In this document: piece by piece, positions 1 to 13,429 of the stretch
How the letters are laid out: each line of letters begins with the position of its first letter
Position numbering within the stretch: the stretch's first letter is position 1
DNA from: Rhina ancylostomus
Lineage: Eukaryota
Length of the DNA stretch: 64,000 nucleotides
Assembly: GCA_030265395.1 (NCBI GenBank)
Contig: JARFYF010000057.1
Span: forward strand, 5,139,924-5,203,923
Direction: 5' to 3'
Position numbers and translations under genes: made by a program
Notes under the pieces: model-generated
Told to the model about the DNA's origin: nothing
The model's input: the letters and a program-made list of their open reading frames with translations, nothing else
The model's database searches: none

Positions 1-452
1 TGCTTGGAATTATAGTATTGAAGGCGGAGCTGTAGTCAATAAACAATAGTCTCTAACGTCGGTGTCTTTACTGTCCAGATGCTCCAGAGCTGAGTGTGGG
101 GTCAGGGAGTTTAAAGTTAAAATTTAAAATTGGTGTATGATTAGTCTTCTGATTAGACATGTCCATACTCTTGTTTTCTGTCATCTTTTCATTTCCTTTT
201 CTCTTTTCTCCCCTCCATTGCACCCCTCGCTTACCATCCCCCTCTTTTCAAATTATTTTAACTAATTAGGAATTAGTTAACGATGAAATATTGTGGATTG
301 TCCAATCTTAATTTTTACTTTTATTGGTGGTGACAAACAATCTTTATTCAGAATGGCTGGAAATAATTTTAACAATCTTAGGACTTAAAATAGAGAGAAA
401 AATAAATCAAAATTACAAAATAAATGGAATTCTTAGGCAGTTGTGCCGTATC

Positions 453-456
<4 letters not shown>

Positions 457-496
<40 letters not shown>
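457..496. repeat. (GA)n microsatellite
   Basis: Uninterrupted GA dinucleotide run. Confidence 0.95.
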
Positions 497-501
<5 letters not shown>

Positions 502-629
502 ATGCCCTTTTGTCAGAATGGGAAGAAGTTAGAGTTAAGCATCTGCAGAGACAGGGAATGGAGGGAAGAACAAAAATATTACANNNNNNNNNNNNNNNNN
601 NNNATTACAGATAGGAGATATGTAAGAAA

Positions 630-1420
630 ATAAGAGCACAAGAAAAAGCAGTAGGAGGCTCTATTATTTCCCCACACTCAGTTCATTCTTTGAGATCAAG
701 TCTGTTAATTTGCCGGAACTCTATACTTCAATTCTCCTCATGTCCAAAAGCTTTATCAACAGGAATGTACTCAGCAACTGGCCATCTACATTTCTTTGGA
801 TAGTTCCAAAGATGCATAGCTCTGTAAGTAACAAAAGGAGAGGCAGATCTCTTACTCTGAAGCAATTTCTTCTTATTTTAGATTCTCCAGCTTGAAGTAA
901 TGAGCTGTTAAAATTTACCCTGTCAATCTTTTTACCCTATTAGTATCTTTCAGAATCTTGTCTGACTGACTGCATAAGGTAATCGGTAGCTCTTCTAAAA
1001 TCTAGTGAGCATAGACCAATCTGGTTCAGTTTATCCTCACCTGAGAAATGAAGCTGGTGAATTCTGCTGCATCGCCTCTAGGTATGGAGATCTGAACTCA
1101 TTCCAGATGTTGTCCTACACAAACTCTGCAGGAGAGCATTTTATGAAGCAACACATCAGGATTCCACTGCAATAAAACATAAAAGTTTTTTTAGTAAACT
1201 TTTTTTGTCCTACCAAAATGAATAACTTCATCTTTGCCATCATTATTCTCCATCTACCTCCTCTTTGCTTACTTGCTCGGCTATAGTTCTATGCATAATT
1301 TCTTTAGCCTCCTTGCAGCTTGATTGCCTGCGGAGCTTGAGTTCATCAGCAAACCTGGATATTTTACTGTCTTTTCTAAATGTGAATATAAATTCAGAAT
1401 AACTGAGCTCTCAGTTGTAG
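630..1420 (-). mobile_element. Old CR1-type LINE 3' fragment
   Basis: Degenerate reverse-complement CR1 3' UTR and RT-end patterns (cttctaaaatctagtgag..., tcatcagcaaac). Confidence 0.5.
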
Positions 1421-2059
1421 CACCACATAAGTAACAACCTGCCAGATCAAAAAAAACAGTAATTTCTATGGGGTGTTTTTATCACGCTATTTTATCCCCA
1501 ACCTCGTGAGCCCTTATTTTATATACTGGCAGTTTATGTGCTACATTATCAAGTGTTCTTTTGATAAGGTGCAATTTTGTAATGGAGTAGAAAGCAGGAG
1601 AGAAAACTAACAAAAGTCTTGATATTGCAGGATTAAAAAAAAGTTAGTTTCAGGGCAAGAGGAGCTGTAAGTGATCACAGCAGAACCCCATCACCAGCAC
1701 TTGTTATCCAAAAGAGTGGTGATTTTGATTTGAAGTCACTGAAATCAGTGTTTAGTCTAGAAGATTGTGAACTGCCTCACTGGAAGATTTGTTGAGTTTC
1801 TTGAGGCCAGTAGCCCTAAGCAAGGGAGTGTGGAAACAAAACTTCCTCCAGTTCTTCTAATATGGTCACATATTGTTCATTCCTGATGAATTGTACATGA
1901 AGTCCAAGTCAGTGCTATTTTTCAACTTTAAACTTTTTGTGTAGAGAACTAAACTTGTAGCTTCCAAATAGCAAATCAATTTACTCAGTCAGAAACTTTT
2001 TAAAAATTTTTAACTGTCTATTCTTTATACATGGAATTATTATAAGTTTTGACCTTTAA

Positions 2060-2770
2060 TCTTTGAGTATCACATATTTTGCTTCTGATTGTGCCATCCC
2101 TGTGGATCAATGGTGACCCTGTTGGTTTTATAGGTTCGGGTGTAGCTAATGATACTGGTGTGGGAACCAGACTCCTCAGATGGGCAGGAGATGGCTGACA
2201 GGGTGGTGGGTGGGTCATTTGTGAGGTGATGTGCTCTTTCTGCTGCTTGGACAGAGCTTCTGTGTGCTCCCAATGCATGGCCTCAAGGTTTTCAATACTT
2301 TTTTTTTAAATTCTGCAATGGAAAGTTCCCTCTCCACCTTGTGAGGTCATGGGCTAGATGTTCTCTGGAATCAGTGGGGATGTTGCACGTTTCTGAATTT
2401 TTTTCTTCTGTCCACCTGGTGATGTCCTCCTACAATAGAGCTCTGAGCAGACTGTCTGGCTTGGGAGTCTAGTGTTGGGCTGCCGAACATGTGGCCAGCC
2501 CAACAAAGCGTCAATGCTGGGGAATGTGAGCCTGGGGAAGGATGATAACATTGGTTTGCTTGTCCTTCCAGTGAATTTGGAAGATTTTGTGGAGCCAGGA
2601 TTGGTATTTTCCATCCCTTGAGGTGCCTGCTAAGAATCATATAGGAAAGCAGGGGTCACTGCTGCCTGGTAGACCGTGAGTTTTGTGCCATGTGTCTATC
2701 GGTCAATAACATGATTTGATTATAAAGAACTGTGCTCAACTTTGCCAGACGATGCTGGCCATGCGTTTCA
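2060..2770 (-). mobile_element. RTE-clade LINE 3' fragment
   Basis: Minus-strand frames give PSIDALL, WAGHM and PNTRLPSQTVCSEL..RTSPGGQKKK, resembling the RTE C-terminal WAGHV.RM...RLPKQ.LYSEL..G.R..GGQ.KR block. Confidence 0.75.
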
Positions 2771-3337
2771 AATTAATTTAGACAATGGTTACTAATCAGA
2801 TTCAGTGGCTGCCACTGGCAATGTAATCCTTAACGTGCGTGAATCCGATACTAAAATTACCCAATTAACTATATTGGGCCAGAATATGCTGGTGAAATAA
2901 CACCAAGTTAAAGATGCACTTCATTATAAGTGTGAAATAAAAGCAATTTGTTGGAAGAAATAAAAGTGCTTTGAGTTGTGAATCACTACAAATTGCTGGA
3001 TGACTTCTGCTTTTCTTAACGTTGCAAAAATAGTAGCTAGCTGTCAATCACCCATTTAGTAGATTTATACTAAATATGATTTAAACACTAGAGAAATTTA
3101 GAGCGGGCACTATGGGATTCACGTGGAGATCGGGATAGAGAACATATGAAATGGAATGTTACATCTGCTTTCCATTGGGATTCTGTTTCTTTCCTTTATT
3201 TCCGCACTTGTATCTGATGTAAATTCACAACTTCCATTCTCCTTCATTCCCTCTGTCCTTAAATTTCACTGGTAAAGGAAATAAGCTGTAAATCAAGCCT
3301 GTGCTTCATTGACATCACTGTGGTTATTAACACATTG

Positions 3338-3524
3338 TGGCGACTCACCTTTCACGAACCGGCTCCCATGATCGTGAGCGTCGTCGGAGGCCCTGAAACA
3401 AGATGGCGCGGGGCACTCCTCCTTTGTTGGGCTAGTGGAGCCTGCGTGCGGGAAGGTCACGTGACCTGCGCGTGACGTCAGCGCAGGAACTGTGTTTATT
3501 AAAGGGGCAGCGCACCCCAGTCGT
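3338..3524. promoter_or_regulatory. CpG-rich promoter/enhancer-like module, truncated by a gap
   Basis: Dense CpGs in an otherwise CpG-depleted window. CAAGATGGCG (YY1-like, 3399-3408), 14-bp palindrome AGGTCACGTGACCT (3454-3467, E-box core), TGACGTCA (CRE, 3473-3480). Runs into the N gap at 3525. Confidence 0.65.
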
Positions 3525-3980
3525 NNNNNNNNNNNNNNNNNNNNNNNNNNNNNNNNNNNNNNNNNNNNNNNNNNNNNNNNNNNNNNNNNNNNNNNNNNNN
3601 NNNNNNNNNNNNNNNNNNNNNNNNNNNNNNNNNNNNNNNNNNNNNNNNNNNNNNNNNNNNNNNNNNNNNNNNNNNNNNNNNNNNNNNNNNNNNNNNNNNN
3701 NNNNNNNNNNNNNNNNNNNNNNNNNNNNNNNNNNNNNNNNNNNNNNNNNNNNNNNNNNNNNNNNNNNNNNNNNNNNNNNNNNNNNNNNNNNNNNNNNNNN
3801 NNNNNNNNNNNNNNNNNNNNNNNNNNNNNNNNNNNNNNNNNNNNNNNNNNNNNNNNNNNNNNNNNNNNNNNNNNNNNNNNNNNNNNNNNNNNNNNNNNNN
3901 NNNNNNNNNNNNNNNNNNNNNNNNNNNNNNNNNNNNNNNNNNNNNNNNNNNNNNNNNNNNNNNNNNNNNNNNNNNNNNNN

Positions 3981-4335
3981 ATGCTGGAAATGCTCAGCAG
4001 GCCAGGCAGCATCTGTGGAGTAAGAAATAGTTTCTTCAGAGCTAGGAAATTTAGAAATGAAAGAAGGGAGTGGAATGGAGACCAAAAGAAACTGAATAAC
4101 ACAGACAGCCTTGGAGCTAGCTGGGAGGAAGGTGAAGGCTTGTTTATTGTAACTGAACTGTCCTGGAGGAGACGAACGAGGACAGGTGAGAGAAAACAAG
4201 CAAATGTTGGAACAGTGATAGTAGCTGGAAATCTGAAATAAAAGAGAATGTTGAAAGCACCCAGCAGGTCAGGCAGTTTCTTCAGAAAGAGGAGAACTGA
4301 ACTAATTTTGCAGGCTGGCATCTCATTAGAACTGG
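3981..4335 (-). mobile_element. Two Penelope-like terminal-repeat fragments
   Basis: atgctggaaatgctcagcaggccaggcagcatctgtggag at 3981 and a second degenerate copy near 4248; the motif recurs across the window. Confidence 0.55.
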
Positions 4336-5639
4336 CAGGTTTGGTGATTTTGTGGAAGCGTGTGCAATTCTGGCAGTGCATGAGCTGAAAGCCTTTGGTC
4401 ACTGAAAGCAATGACTCAAAATTTATTAATCATGTTTAAGGTTTGTTACTGTATAATATTAGAATGGGTTTATGGATTAAATAATTCAGCAAACAGATAC
4501 ATTAATAGACTTGTGCAGATTTGTATCTACCATTTTCAAAATCATGTTTTGTTGGTGTATTGGTGGTGGTCCATGCCATTAATATGCCTTAAGGTTGATT
4601 TTATTTTTGTTCATTCCTGCTGTATTTTAAATAAATTTGTAGAAACCCAGTGATATAATAAATATCTTTATACATGAATGATAATGGTTTGCTATTAATT
4701 TAAATTCTAGCAGTCTTAAAATGGGTAAGTTTATATTTATAAATCTCTCAATACTTACTTTTAGCTGAAACTGAATCAATGCCAGGCTCTTAATTATTGA
4801 AACATCTATTTCTGTAATCCACTTGTTGATTACTCATTCATTTTATGTGAGACAACGTAAATTAGTAAGTTCAAAGTTCCTTGCTGAATGGCAGTTACTA
4901 GTGGCTTATTTGGCAGCGATTACATTTCATTGCATATTATTCATCACACATGTTTCTTCATTCTAAATTTCACCTCAGTAATGATGGCTTACAAGATGTA
5001 CAAATGGAGAGGAAAAAACCATGTACATTGAAAGCAGTGGCGGTGATGCAAACTTATAGCCTGGTTCTCAGGATATTGCATTAGGGATGAGAGTACTGAC
5101 GATCTATTGGAAATGTACATTTTTCTTTCAGTTCACATGATGCATAGGTTTTACTTTGCAAAAGGTATATTCATTGCTAGTCCTCAGTTGCTCTGAGGTG
5201 ATGTGTCTTTTTACTTGAATCAGTTCTGCCCTAAATCTTATCATGGGAAAACCACATCAGTATGCAATTCAAGGATACTGGTGATGAAGCAAGATAGTAT
5301 GTGCCCTGATAAGATGATGTGTCATATGGTGCTCCAAGATGATACCACTTTTGCTCATTGGAATGAAGCTGGTATCAAAATATCTTGATGTTACTGCACT
5401 GAATCCACAGTAGATCAATTGTGGAGGTGAGGGATTGGCTTGAAGCACAGAGCCAATAAAGTGAAACATAGTTCTGCCTGGTGAACAGATTTGAATTTTG
5501 CTTCTGCAACTATCTCAGGAAATGGATATTTTTCTATCATGTTCCTAACTTGATCACTGTAAATGGTGAAACTTTGGAAGTTCGGGATCTGAGCCCTAGA
5601 GCAGAATATTTTCATAGGACATGTCTAGGTCAGTTTCTT

Positions 5640-5950
5640 GTTTTTGGCTCCTGAGATGTGAGGAAGAAGGGCAAGCTTTTGTTGTTGGAGGTGGTCAGGA
5701 CCTGGCATTTATTTGGTGTAAATTGGTCTACATTTGGAAGTCTGAACAAGTGCTGCCACAAGCTGGCTTGACAGTTTCATTATCATCTGAGTTGTGAATG
5801 AAGATGCATAGTAAAATTGATTACAGGCAGCATACTTCTGACCTTCAACAGCAAGGAAGATCATTGATGAAACAGCTGAAGGTCATTGGGCCAGCTTGAA
5901 GATGCCTCCCTTAGGAGGATTTGCATTGACTCTTGGAAGCTGTGATGATA
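5640..5950 (-). mobile_element. Degenerate LINE RT fragment
   Basis: aaggaagatcattgatgaaacagctgaa...gggcc is the reverse complement of an RT GP..FSCFINDL motif. Confidence 0.5.
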
Positions 5951-6769
5951 AATATCATAGAGACATCACTGAAACGGGCCCCTCGGCCCACGGAGTCTGC
6001 ATCGACCATCAAACACCCATTTACATCTCTTCAGGGCCATACACAGCAGATCGTGGCTTGTGATTCAAAGGCAAGTTTCCAGTTCTCCACTGGTGTTCAT
6101 GTGGGTTTCAAAATTCTGGAGCTGGGTGGTTCTTGAAGGACCCAAATTGATTTCCTAGACATTAAAAAAATCCTTGACACGCATCATTATGAAACTGAAT
6201 TGTTTGCAGTTTGAGCATCTGTATTGGGTTTAGAATTAAGTGTTGGAGGATTTGAAGAATCAATTTATTGGTTACATTTTTAAACTAATGGACAGTTTCT
6301 CAATTCTATTCTGTAGTACATGTGTGTGCAGGTTTTTAATATTCATTTGTAACTTGAGGATTTGAACAAATCTGATTCAAGTGCTTCTTCCCTTTTGATT
6401 GGGAGGAGTGCAGTGATGGGCTATTTTGTTTTTCCAATAGAGTTTGAAATGACTGGTTGAAATCTGATCTCAATGCAAATGTCCATGTTATAAAAGAAAA
6501 GATTATGTATGCCATATAACTTGATTTGTGCTCCTCCTAGAAGATGGTGTCCTTCATCTGTGGTTATGTTATTGTTCATCTTTACTGTATTTTGTACATG
6601 AAGCCCAGCGTCTTTTTAGAAAAAGGAGAAATTGTGAAAAGGCTGTGGAGCTCAGTGGAAATAAGTTCAAAATTCACAGTTCTGCAGCCTTGCAGTTGTA
6701 AATGGTGTGAGACGGTTAAATCAATCACAGGAGGAGGTGGCTTCAAGAACATCCCTATCTTCAATAGCC

Positions 6770-7055
6770 TGGCACAGTGGTGCAGCTAATAGAGCTGCTG
6801 CTTCACAGCTCCAGCTTCACTTTGATTATGACCTCTGGTGTTGCTTTGTGGAGTTTGCAAATTCTCCCTGTGGCTGTGTGAATTTTCCATGGGTCCTTCA
6901 GTTTCTGTCCACATCCCAGGGATATGCAGGTTCCCCTGTTGTGTAGGTAAGGATTAGAAACTTGGGGTTGAAGGGTTTGTAGGGAGAAAAAAATGGGATT
7001 AGTGTCGATGGGAGCTTGATGGTGGATGCAGACTTGGTGGGCTGACAGGCTAGTA
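6770..7055 (+). mobile_element. HE1/V-SINE-like tRNA-derived SINE
   Basis: Head ggcacagtggtgcagctaatagagctgctg, V-domain-like gtggagtttgcaaattctccctgtggctgtgtg..ccacatccc, and a LINE-like tail. Confidence 0.75.
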
Positions 7056-7059
7056 CCAT

Positions 7060-7430
7060 GCCATATGATACTCCTATCCTCTCCACAGCTGGTTCCACCT
7101 GCCCATCATCCCTTCCTTATCTCATTCCATTTATCACCTTCCTTAGTTAACCGATTGCAGAATCTGCAGCCTTTTATTGTCTCTGCTTATCACCTTCCAG
7201 CCTCTGTCTCTACCTCCACCCTTCCCGCCCCCGCCAGGGCGGCNNNNNNNNNNNNNNNNNNNNNNNNNNNNNNNNNNNNNNNNNNNNNNNNNNNNNNNNC
7301 GCCCCCTCAACACCCCCCGCCCCATCTCGTCATACTGATGCATAGTCTTGACCCAAAGTGTTAACTATCCCTGTACCTCCACAGATTCTCTCTAACCTGC
7401 AGAGTTCCTCCAGCAGTTTGTTTTTTGCAT
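7060..7430 (+). mobile_element. Penelope-like terminal region with a decayed hammerhead motif
   Basis: ctgatgcatagtcttgacccaaag followed by cctccacagat...acctgcagagttcctccagcagtttg, the reverse orientation of the 3981 motif. Confidence 0.55.
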
Positions 7431-7989
7431 CAGTTTCTTGGACTGTTGGACTCAACACATTAGCACATTTGTCCAATCATGACTACACAGCCTTGGTCCA
7501 GATACCAAACAGGAGATGAGAATGATGGCCATTGGCATCAGGGTCTCTAAGAGCATTTTATTCACATCATTCTTCAATGTGATACCTCTGCAGAGTTTCC
7601 AGGTGTCTACCTTCACCACAGTTCTTTTAATAAGAAACATAACCACACTGTTGAATTATACAGGATCACCCGCAGATCAGATCTGGTCTAGCAATTATAA
7701 CAATGCTTGTCATTGTGTAGTTTTCTAGGTTTTGGGAAGCTGGTCTCATTGTTTTTATGTCAATCTGATTCCAGAAAGAGTGCTTGCATTGTAACAAAGA
7801 TGATTTTTGCAGGAGCAAGATTAGAAATGGGCGAATACTTCATTGATCTCAGTGGAGATGCATGACTAAAGGCAGCCCATATGAAATAAGAGGGCAGGTA
7901 GCAGAATTGATAACAAGTTGGCTACTTTATTGAAACATGAGAGTATGGCTTCTAGATATTTAGGCAGGCAAAATATAGCATTCCACAGG

Positions 7990-8875
7990 AATAGGTGCTG
8001 AGCCCACTGTTGTATACAATTTATATAAATGATTTGAACATTCAAATCAAATGTTCCATCTCAAAATCTGCAGATGAAAGCACATTTAGAGTGATAAGCA
8101 ACATTGAAGAGTTCTTTTAGTGTTTGTGAAGGCATGTAATCAGAAAATTACTTTCAATACAAGTATGTGTGGACCAGTGTATTTTGATTGGAAGAATTAG
8201 GAAGCCACGACTGCTTGGGTAAATAGTCAAAGTAGAGAGTTAGGGATACATATAAAAATGACTAAAAGTAATAATGCAGACTCATTAAGCTATGTTTTCT
8301 TCAATAAAGAGCTCGAGTTCATTTCTGGAAGAATAGATTTAAGGAACAAGTTATGTTTCATTTGTACAGCAATTTGGTTATGCCACAGAGGATACTGTGA
8401 ATGGTTCTCGTTTCAGCATTATAAAGATGATCAGAGATGCTGGTGAGGGTATAACAAGGTTTACAAGGATGATGCTCAAATTGAGAGGTTATATCTAACA
8501 GGAAAGATTGAATAGATTTGGGCTTTTTTAAAGAAGAGAGTGTGGGGTGACCTGTTAGAAGTCTTTAAGATTGTGCCTGGGCTTCAAACGATAGAAATGG
8601 AAGAGATGTTTTCACTATTGGGGCAGTCTGAAAACGTGTAAATAATATTAGCTGTTAAAATTACATTATAGAATTCCAGGAAACGTCTTTACTCAGAGAG
8701 TGGTTGAGAATCTGGAATATGCTACTATATGTTATAGTTGAGGTGAGTAGTATCAATGAACTTAAAGGGACGATGGATAAACATTGGTGCAAGAAAGTAG
8801 ACGAAGGATAATGTGGATGAAGAGGGATGGATGGAGGTTATTATGGAGCATGGACAACTTGGGTCAAATGATCTT
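7990..8875 (+). mobile_element. Old CR1 LINE 3' portion
   Basis: Degenerate VL.PLLYTIYINDL..SK.AD RT motif followed by CR1 C-terminal and 3' UTR patterns. Confidence 0.7.
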
Positions 8876-9282
8876 ATACTCATAGTTGCCACAGTAAGTG
8901 GAGGTTTTAGCCACTGCCAAGGCCATAAATTTTAGAATTCTCTTCCTAAATCTTGTAAACTCTACCTCTATTGTTCCTTTTAAGGTACTCCTTACCCTTT
9001 CAATTGAGGCTATGCTCACCTACATTGACATCTCTTTGTGCCTCAATGTTAAAATGCCTTGATTTTTGTTTTAAACTCTGTTGAAAATGTTCATAAAACT
9101 CTCTGTTGAAGATTTATCATATTTGATTTCAGGCTTTGGAACTCATTGAGTTATTAAATAACTGAAAGGACACTACCTTCCTTTATCCAAACCAATGAGC
9201 ATTTCCATCTTTAGCTTTCATGCTCAATTATTTATTTATTTTTTTTTACCATTCTTTCATGTGGAATTGTGAAACCAGATGG

Positions 9283-10340
9283 AACTCCATCTGTAACTGG
9301 CTTCTAGACTTTCTTACCGGCAGACCTCAGTCAGTTAGAATTGGTCATAAACATTTCATCCACCCTGACCCTCAAACTAGTACTCTCCAGTTTTGTGTGC
9401 TCAGTTCCCTGCTCACCCTGTGGCCAAATACAGTGCCAACTCACTCTTCAAGTTCACTGATGCCACCATTGTTGTAGGCTGGATCAACAACAATGATGAG
9501 ATGAGTTCAGCAAAAGAGATCATCAGAACAGCAACCTAGCTCTTAATGTCAGCAAGACAAAAGAGCTGGTTGTTGACCTAAGGAAGTGAGGAGGGTGAAC
9601 ACAACCCTGTCCGCATCAACAGAGCTTCTGTAGAGATGGTCGACAGCTTCAAGTTCCTAGGAATCTATATTACCAGCAACTTCTCCTGGTCCCTCATACT
9701 GATGCGATGATTAAGAAAACACATCAGCTTATGTAGGCTTTTTAGGCATCTGAGAAGATTTGACTTGTCTGTGAGAATTCTCTCAAATGTCTACAGATGT
9801 GTTCTAGAAAGTGTGCTGGTATTTCAGCCTGGCAACTGCTCTGCTGTGGATGGTCAGAACCTGCAGTGGGTGGTAAACACTGCCCAGTCCATCACAGGCG
9901 CATCACATCCTTCCATCCAGTCCATCTTCCTGCTGTGCTGCATCAAGAGGACTAATAGAATCAAGGGTGCCTGCCACCCTGGCCATTCCCTTTTCTCTCT
10001 TCTACCAGGAGCTTGAAAGCCCAGACAACTAGACTTGAGAACAGCTCCTTCCCCACTGCTATCAGACTTCTGAACCAATCACCTCTTTCACATCTCCTTC
10101 CCAGTGGCGCTACCACATTCTCGAACCCTGAATTTTACCTCTTCTGTTATTGTCACTTCAGCATTTCTACTTGCACTGCTTCAGTTGCACTAATATACTT
10201 TGCACCATTCTGTTGTTCTTGCACTCATTGCTGTATTTATTGTTGTATTTATTATTACCATGTATGCTTTGTCAGCTTCACGTGAGCAAGGAATTTTATT
10301 GTACCCTGGAGTATATGACAATAAACTAATCTGAATCTGA
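9283..10340 (+). mobile_element. Rex/Babar-like non-LTR retrotransposon, 5'-truncated
   Basis: NSICNWLLDFLTGRPQSVRIG, LNVSKTKELVVD, SFKFLG, HPGHSLFSLLP and TTRLENS motifs across frameshifts; (ctgaat)-type tail. Confidence 0.8.
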
Positions 10341-12889
10341 ACATCTTTTGAACTAGTGGCCAAATCCCTTCACAATTTTGAAAACCTCAACCTCATTTGT
10401 TTCAAAAGGAGCTCTAGCCTGTTTAGTCTTTCCTAATATTCAGACTGCTTTTTTTTCCTGTTACTTCTGTAAATATTTCTTTCACCTCCCCTGATGCCCA
10501 ATATTAGATATATGTGCCATGTAGTTTTTTTTAATGGATATTTGTATGCACAGAATAAATTAATGTGACCTGTACTATTGGTCTGATGCACAAAACAAGG
10601 ATGTCACAGCATCTTAACTGTGTGGGGCAAAAAATTTGATATTTTAAATTTGAGTAAGCAATTTATTTTAATGATGTGTCCAAGTTGACTTAAAACTATA
10701 GTGGATTTTTTTCTGTTCCCATCAGGAATTATTTAATTTGCTTAGCACTATTGATTTCAACATGTATTGCATTTATTGTGAATTGTATTTACACGTTGTT
10801 CACAGTCATATCTTGAATAATAGTTATCTGGATCACAAGTGCTAGAATTTCCAAGGTTAGATTTGGTCCAATTAATGAACTAATTTAATGGTCTGTGATT
10901 TTAAAATAAAAGGACCATTGAATCATGAACTTGTTTAGTACTCAACTAAGAAGGGAACAGTAAACAAGAATTTTTAAACTAGATAAATAGGCTATGTATT
11001 TCACCATTTTTTAAATGGTTTTAATCTCTGCCCTCGTGAAACATTAGACACTGAGTAATTTTGCTAAAACATCTTGCTGCAGTTGATCTCGGGACATATT
11101 GCTGACAGGTCTGTTGTTGACTGGAATCCTTCAATTTATTTCTGTATTGTTGGATAGTTGGTCAAAGCAGGAACTTGAGATCTGGCTCCCCTTCTAAGGA
11201 CATGGGGTTCACTGCTAAGTTTACCTGAAAAGTATTGGTTCCCTGGAAAATCCAATGACGATCTCATTTCCTGAACTTTTTTATGACCAAGGAGAAGCCA
11301 TAGTGGAAGGATGCAAAGAAAACATCAGGAGTCAAAATTTGGTTGCTGTGGTCACCTTTTAAGATTTCCGGTATTGATGCATTTTGAAAATTTCTATTCA
11401 ACATGTCTTCTTCCTACGGTCAGAAGGCAAGGTTTTGTGCTTTATAATGTGAGGCTTTGTGGAGGGTGTAGATAGGGATAAATTCTGAAGATTTACAGAA
11501 TATTAGCAGCTAGTGCTGATCCTTTTTGTATTTAGGACCATTCTTCTGCTATTTTCCATGTTGTTTTTGTTGTTTACATAAAATGTTTGTCCAATTGACT
11601 TTTAAAAAACCTGTTAGATCCTGCTTTCACTGCTGATTCTGCCGGAACATTCCAACTCCTTGCCACTGATTTAAACAAATGTTTCTATAATTGCACATCT
11701 TCTTTTGGGAGTCATTGGAAAGTTACAGTCTCTATTTACAGACCTGCTGAGTGGAATAGATTTTACCATATTCATCTTGTCAAAACTTTTTAATTTTTGT
11801 ACCAATATTAGATTTCTAAGGAACTGAATGCTATTTCCTCTCATTGCTCTGCATAACTGAAGCCAGTCATCTTGGCAAATCTTGTCTGTACCAAGTTTGA
11901 CTATTTTAACGTGCATCACATTTAATATAATCGATGTAATGGATGTTAGCCATCATATAATTTCTATTATGGCTTTTGTAGTAATTGGAGTGTTGGAGAG
12001 TCAACTTAACCATGCGTACAGTCTTCCATCCACTTATAATGGGAAAAATGAGGCTGTCCTCTCCCTTTAGAATATCATTCATGCATTGATATGGTATGAA
12101 AAGCTCCAGTAAATTGCTCTTGCTTTCATTTCTATCAAAAAAGATGGCTATACTCGAATTTAATTATGCTGTAGTGGAATTTAATTATTGCATTGTCCGT
12201 TATCCATGTTTTGCTGAAGGCAGCATATTAGGTAACTGATCCAGATCCCTTGGGTAACTGGATATAACTATACAGATTGTTTGGTACTATTTTCTTCCTT
12301 CAGTCTAATAATTAGCTTGTATCAATGCTGCATCTATCTATCTGAGCTCAAGGTTCAATGCTGAGATCAAGGCTGGGGCTGAGAATATTCTCTAAATGCA
12401 ATTACACTGCAACCATAGCTTATTTGAGAAGCAGTTTCGCTGAAGTTGTGGTACAAATCCCGAATGGAGGCCAGTGGGACTTTAGATTCAAGCCCTAAAT
12501 TGATAGATANNNNNNNNNNNNNNNNNNNNNNNNNNNNNNNNNNNNNNNNNNNNNNNNNNNNNNNNNNNNNNNNNNNNNNNNNNNNNNNNNNNNNNNNNNN
12601 NNNNNNNNNNNNNNNNNNNNNNNNNNNNNNNNNNNNNNNNNNNNNNNNNNNNNNNNNNNNNNNNNNNNNNNNNNNNNNNNNNNNNNNNNNNNNNNNNNNN
12701 NNNNNNNNNNNNNNNNNNNNNNNNNNNNNNNNNNNNNNNNNNNNNNNNNNNNNNNNNNNNNNNNNNNNNNNNNNNNNNNNNNNNNNNNNNNNNNNNNNNN
12801 NNNNNNNNNNNNNNNNNNNNNNNNNNNNNNNNNNNNNNNNNNNNNNNNNNNNNNNNNNNNNNNNNNNNNNNNTTAAAGATTAGTTTCAG

Positions 12890-13400
12890 GGGTATGGGCT
12901 TTGCTACCAGACCCAGCATTTTCTGTCCAGCCCTAATTCCTCTAGAGAAGGTGGTGCTGCCACCTTGAACTTCTGCAGTCTTTCTGGCAAAGTCATTCCC
13001 AGTTTTGTTGGATAGAGAGTTTCAGCTTAAGGAAAAAAGGAATGGGATGTATTAATATGCTGTGATTTGGAGAGCAACCTGAAGGTGGTGGTGGTCCCAG
13101 ATGCCTCTTGCCTATGTGTTGAGCTGCTTGAATGTTGGAACTGCATTCATCTAGGTAAATGGAAAGTATTTCATCATACTCCTGACTTCTGCCTTGTAAA
13201 TGATGGGAATCTTTGAGGATTAAGGCCCTGAGCTGCTGTTGGCAGGATATTCAGCTTCTGACCTGCTGTTGTAGCTACAGTATTTATATCTTCAGTTCAG
13301 TTATATTTCTGGTCCATGGTTACTCCAACAATGTTTCTGGTGATAAACTCAGTGATGTTAATGCTGTTGAATATCAAGTTCAAGTGATATCACATTTGTT
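12890..13400 (-). mobile_element. Degenerate LINE 3' fragment (family of 21170-21985)
   Basis: accagacccagcattt...ccctaattcctctagagaaggtggtg is the reverse complement of the 3' end seen at 21900-21960 and 47035-47120. Confidence 0.6.
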
Positions 13401-13429
13401 TTATAATGACATATAAGCTTTGGTACTAA

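Noticed and set aside
3293-4411. Long ORFs here and at 12446-12919 and 50787-51702
   Set aside because: Their length comes from N gaps translated as X.
6770-6850. tRNA gene
   Set aside because: Degenerate tRNA-derived SINE head with no cloverleaf; the same applies at 56528 and 26070-26140.
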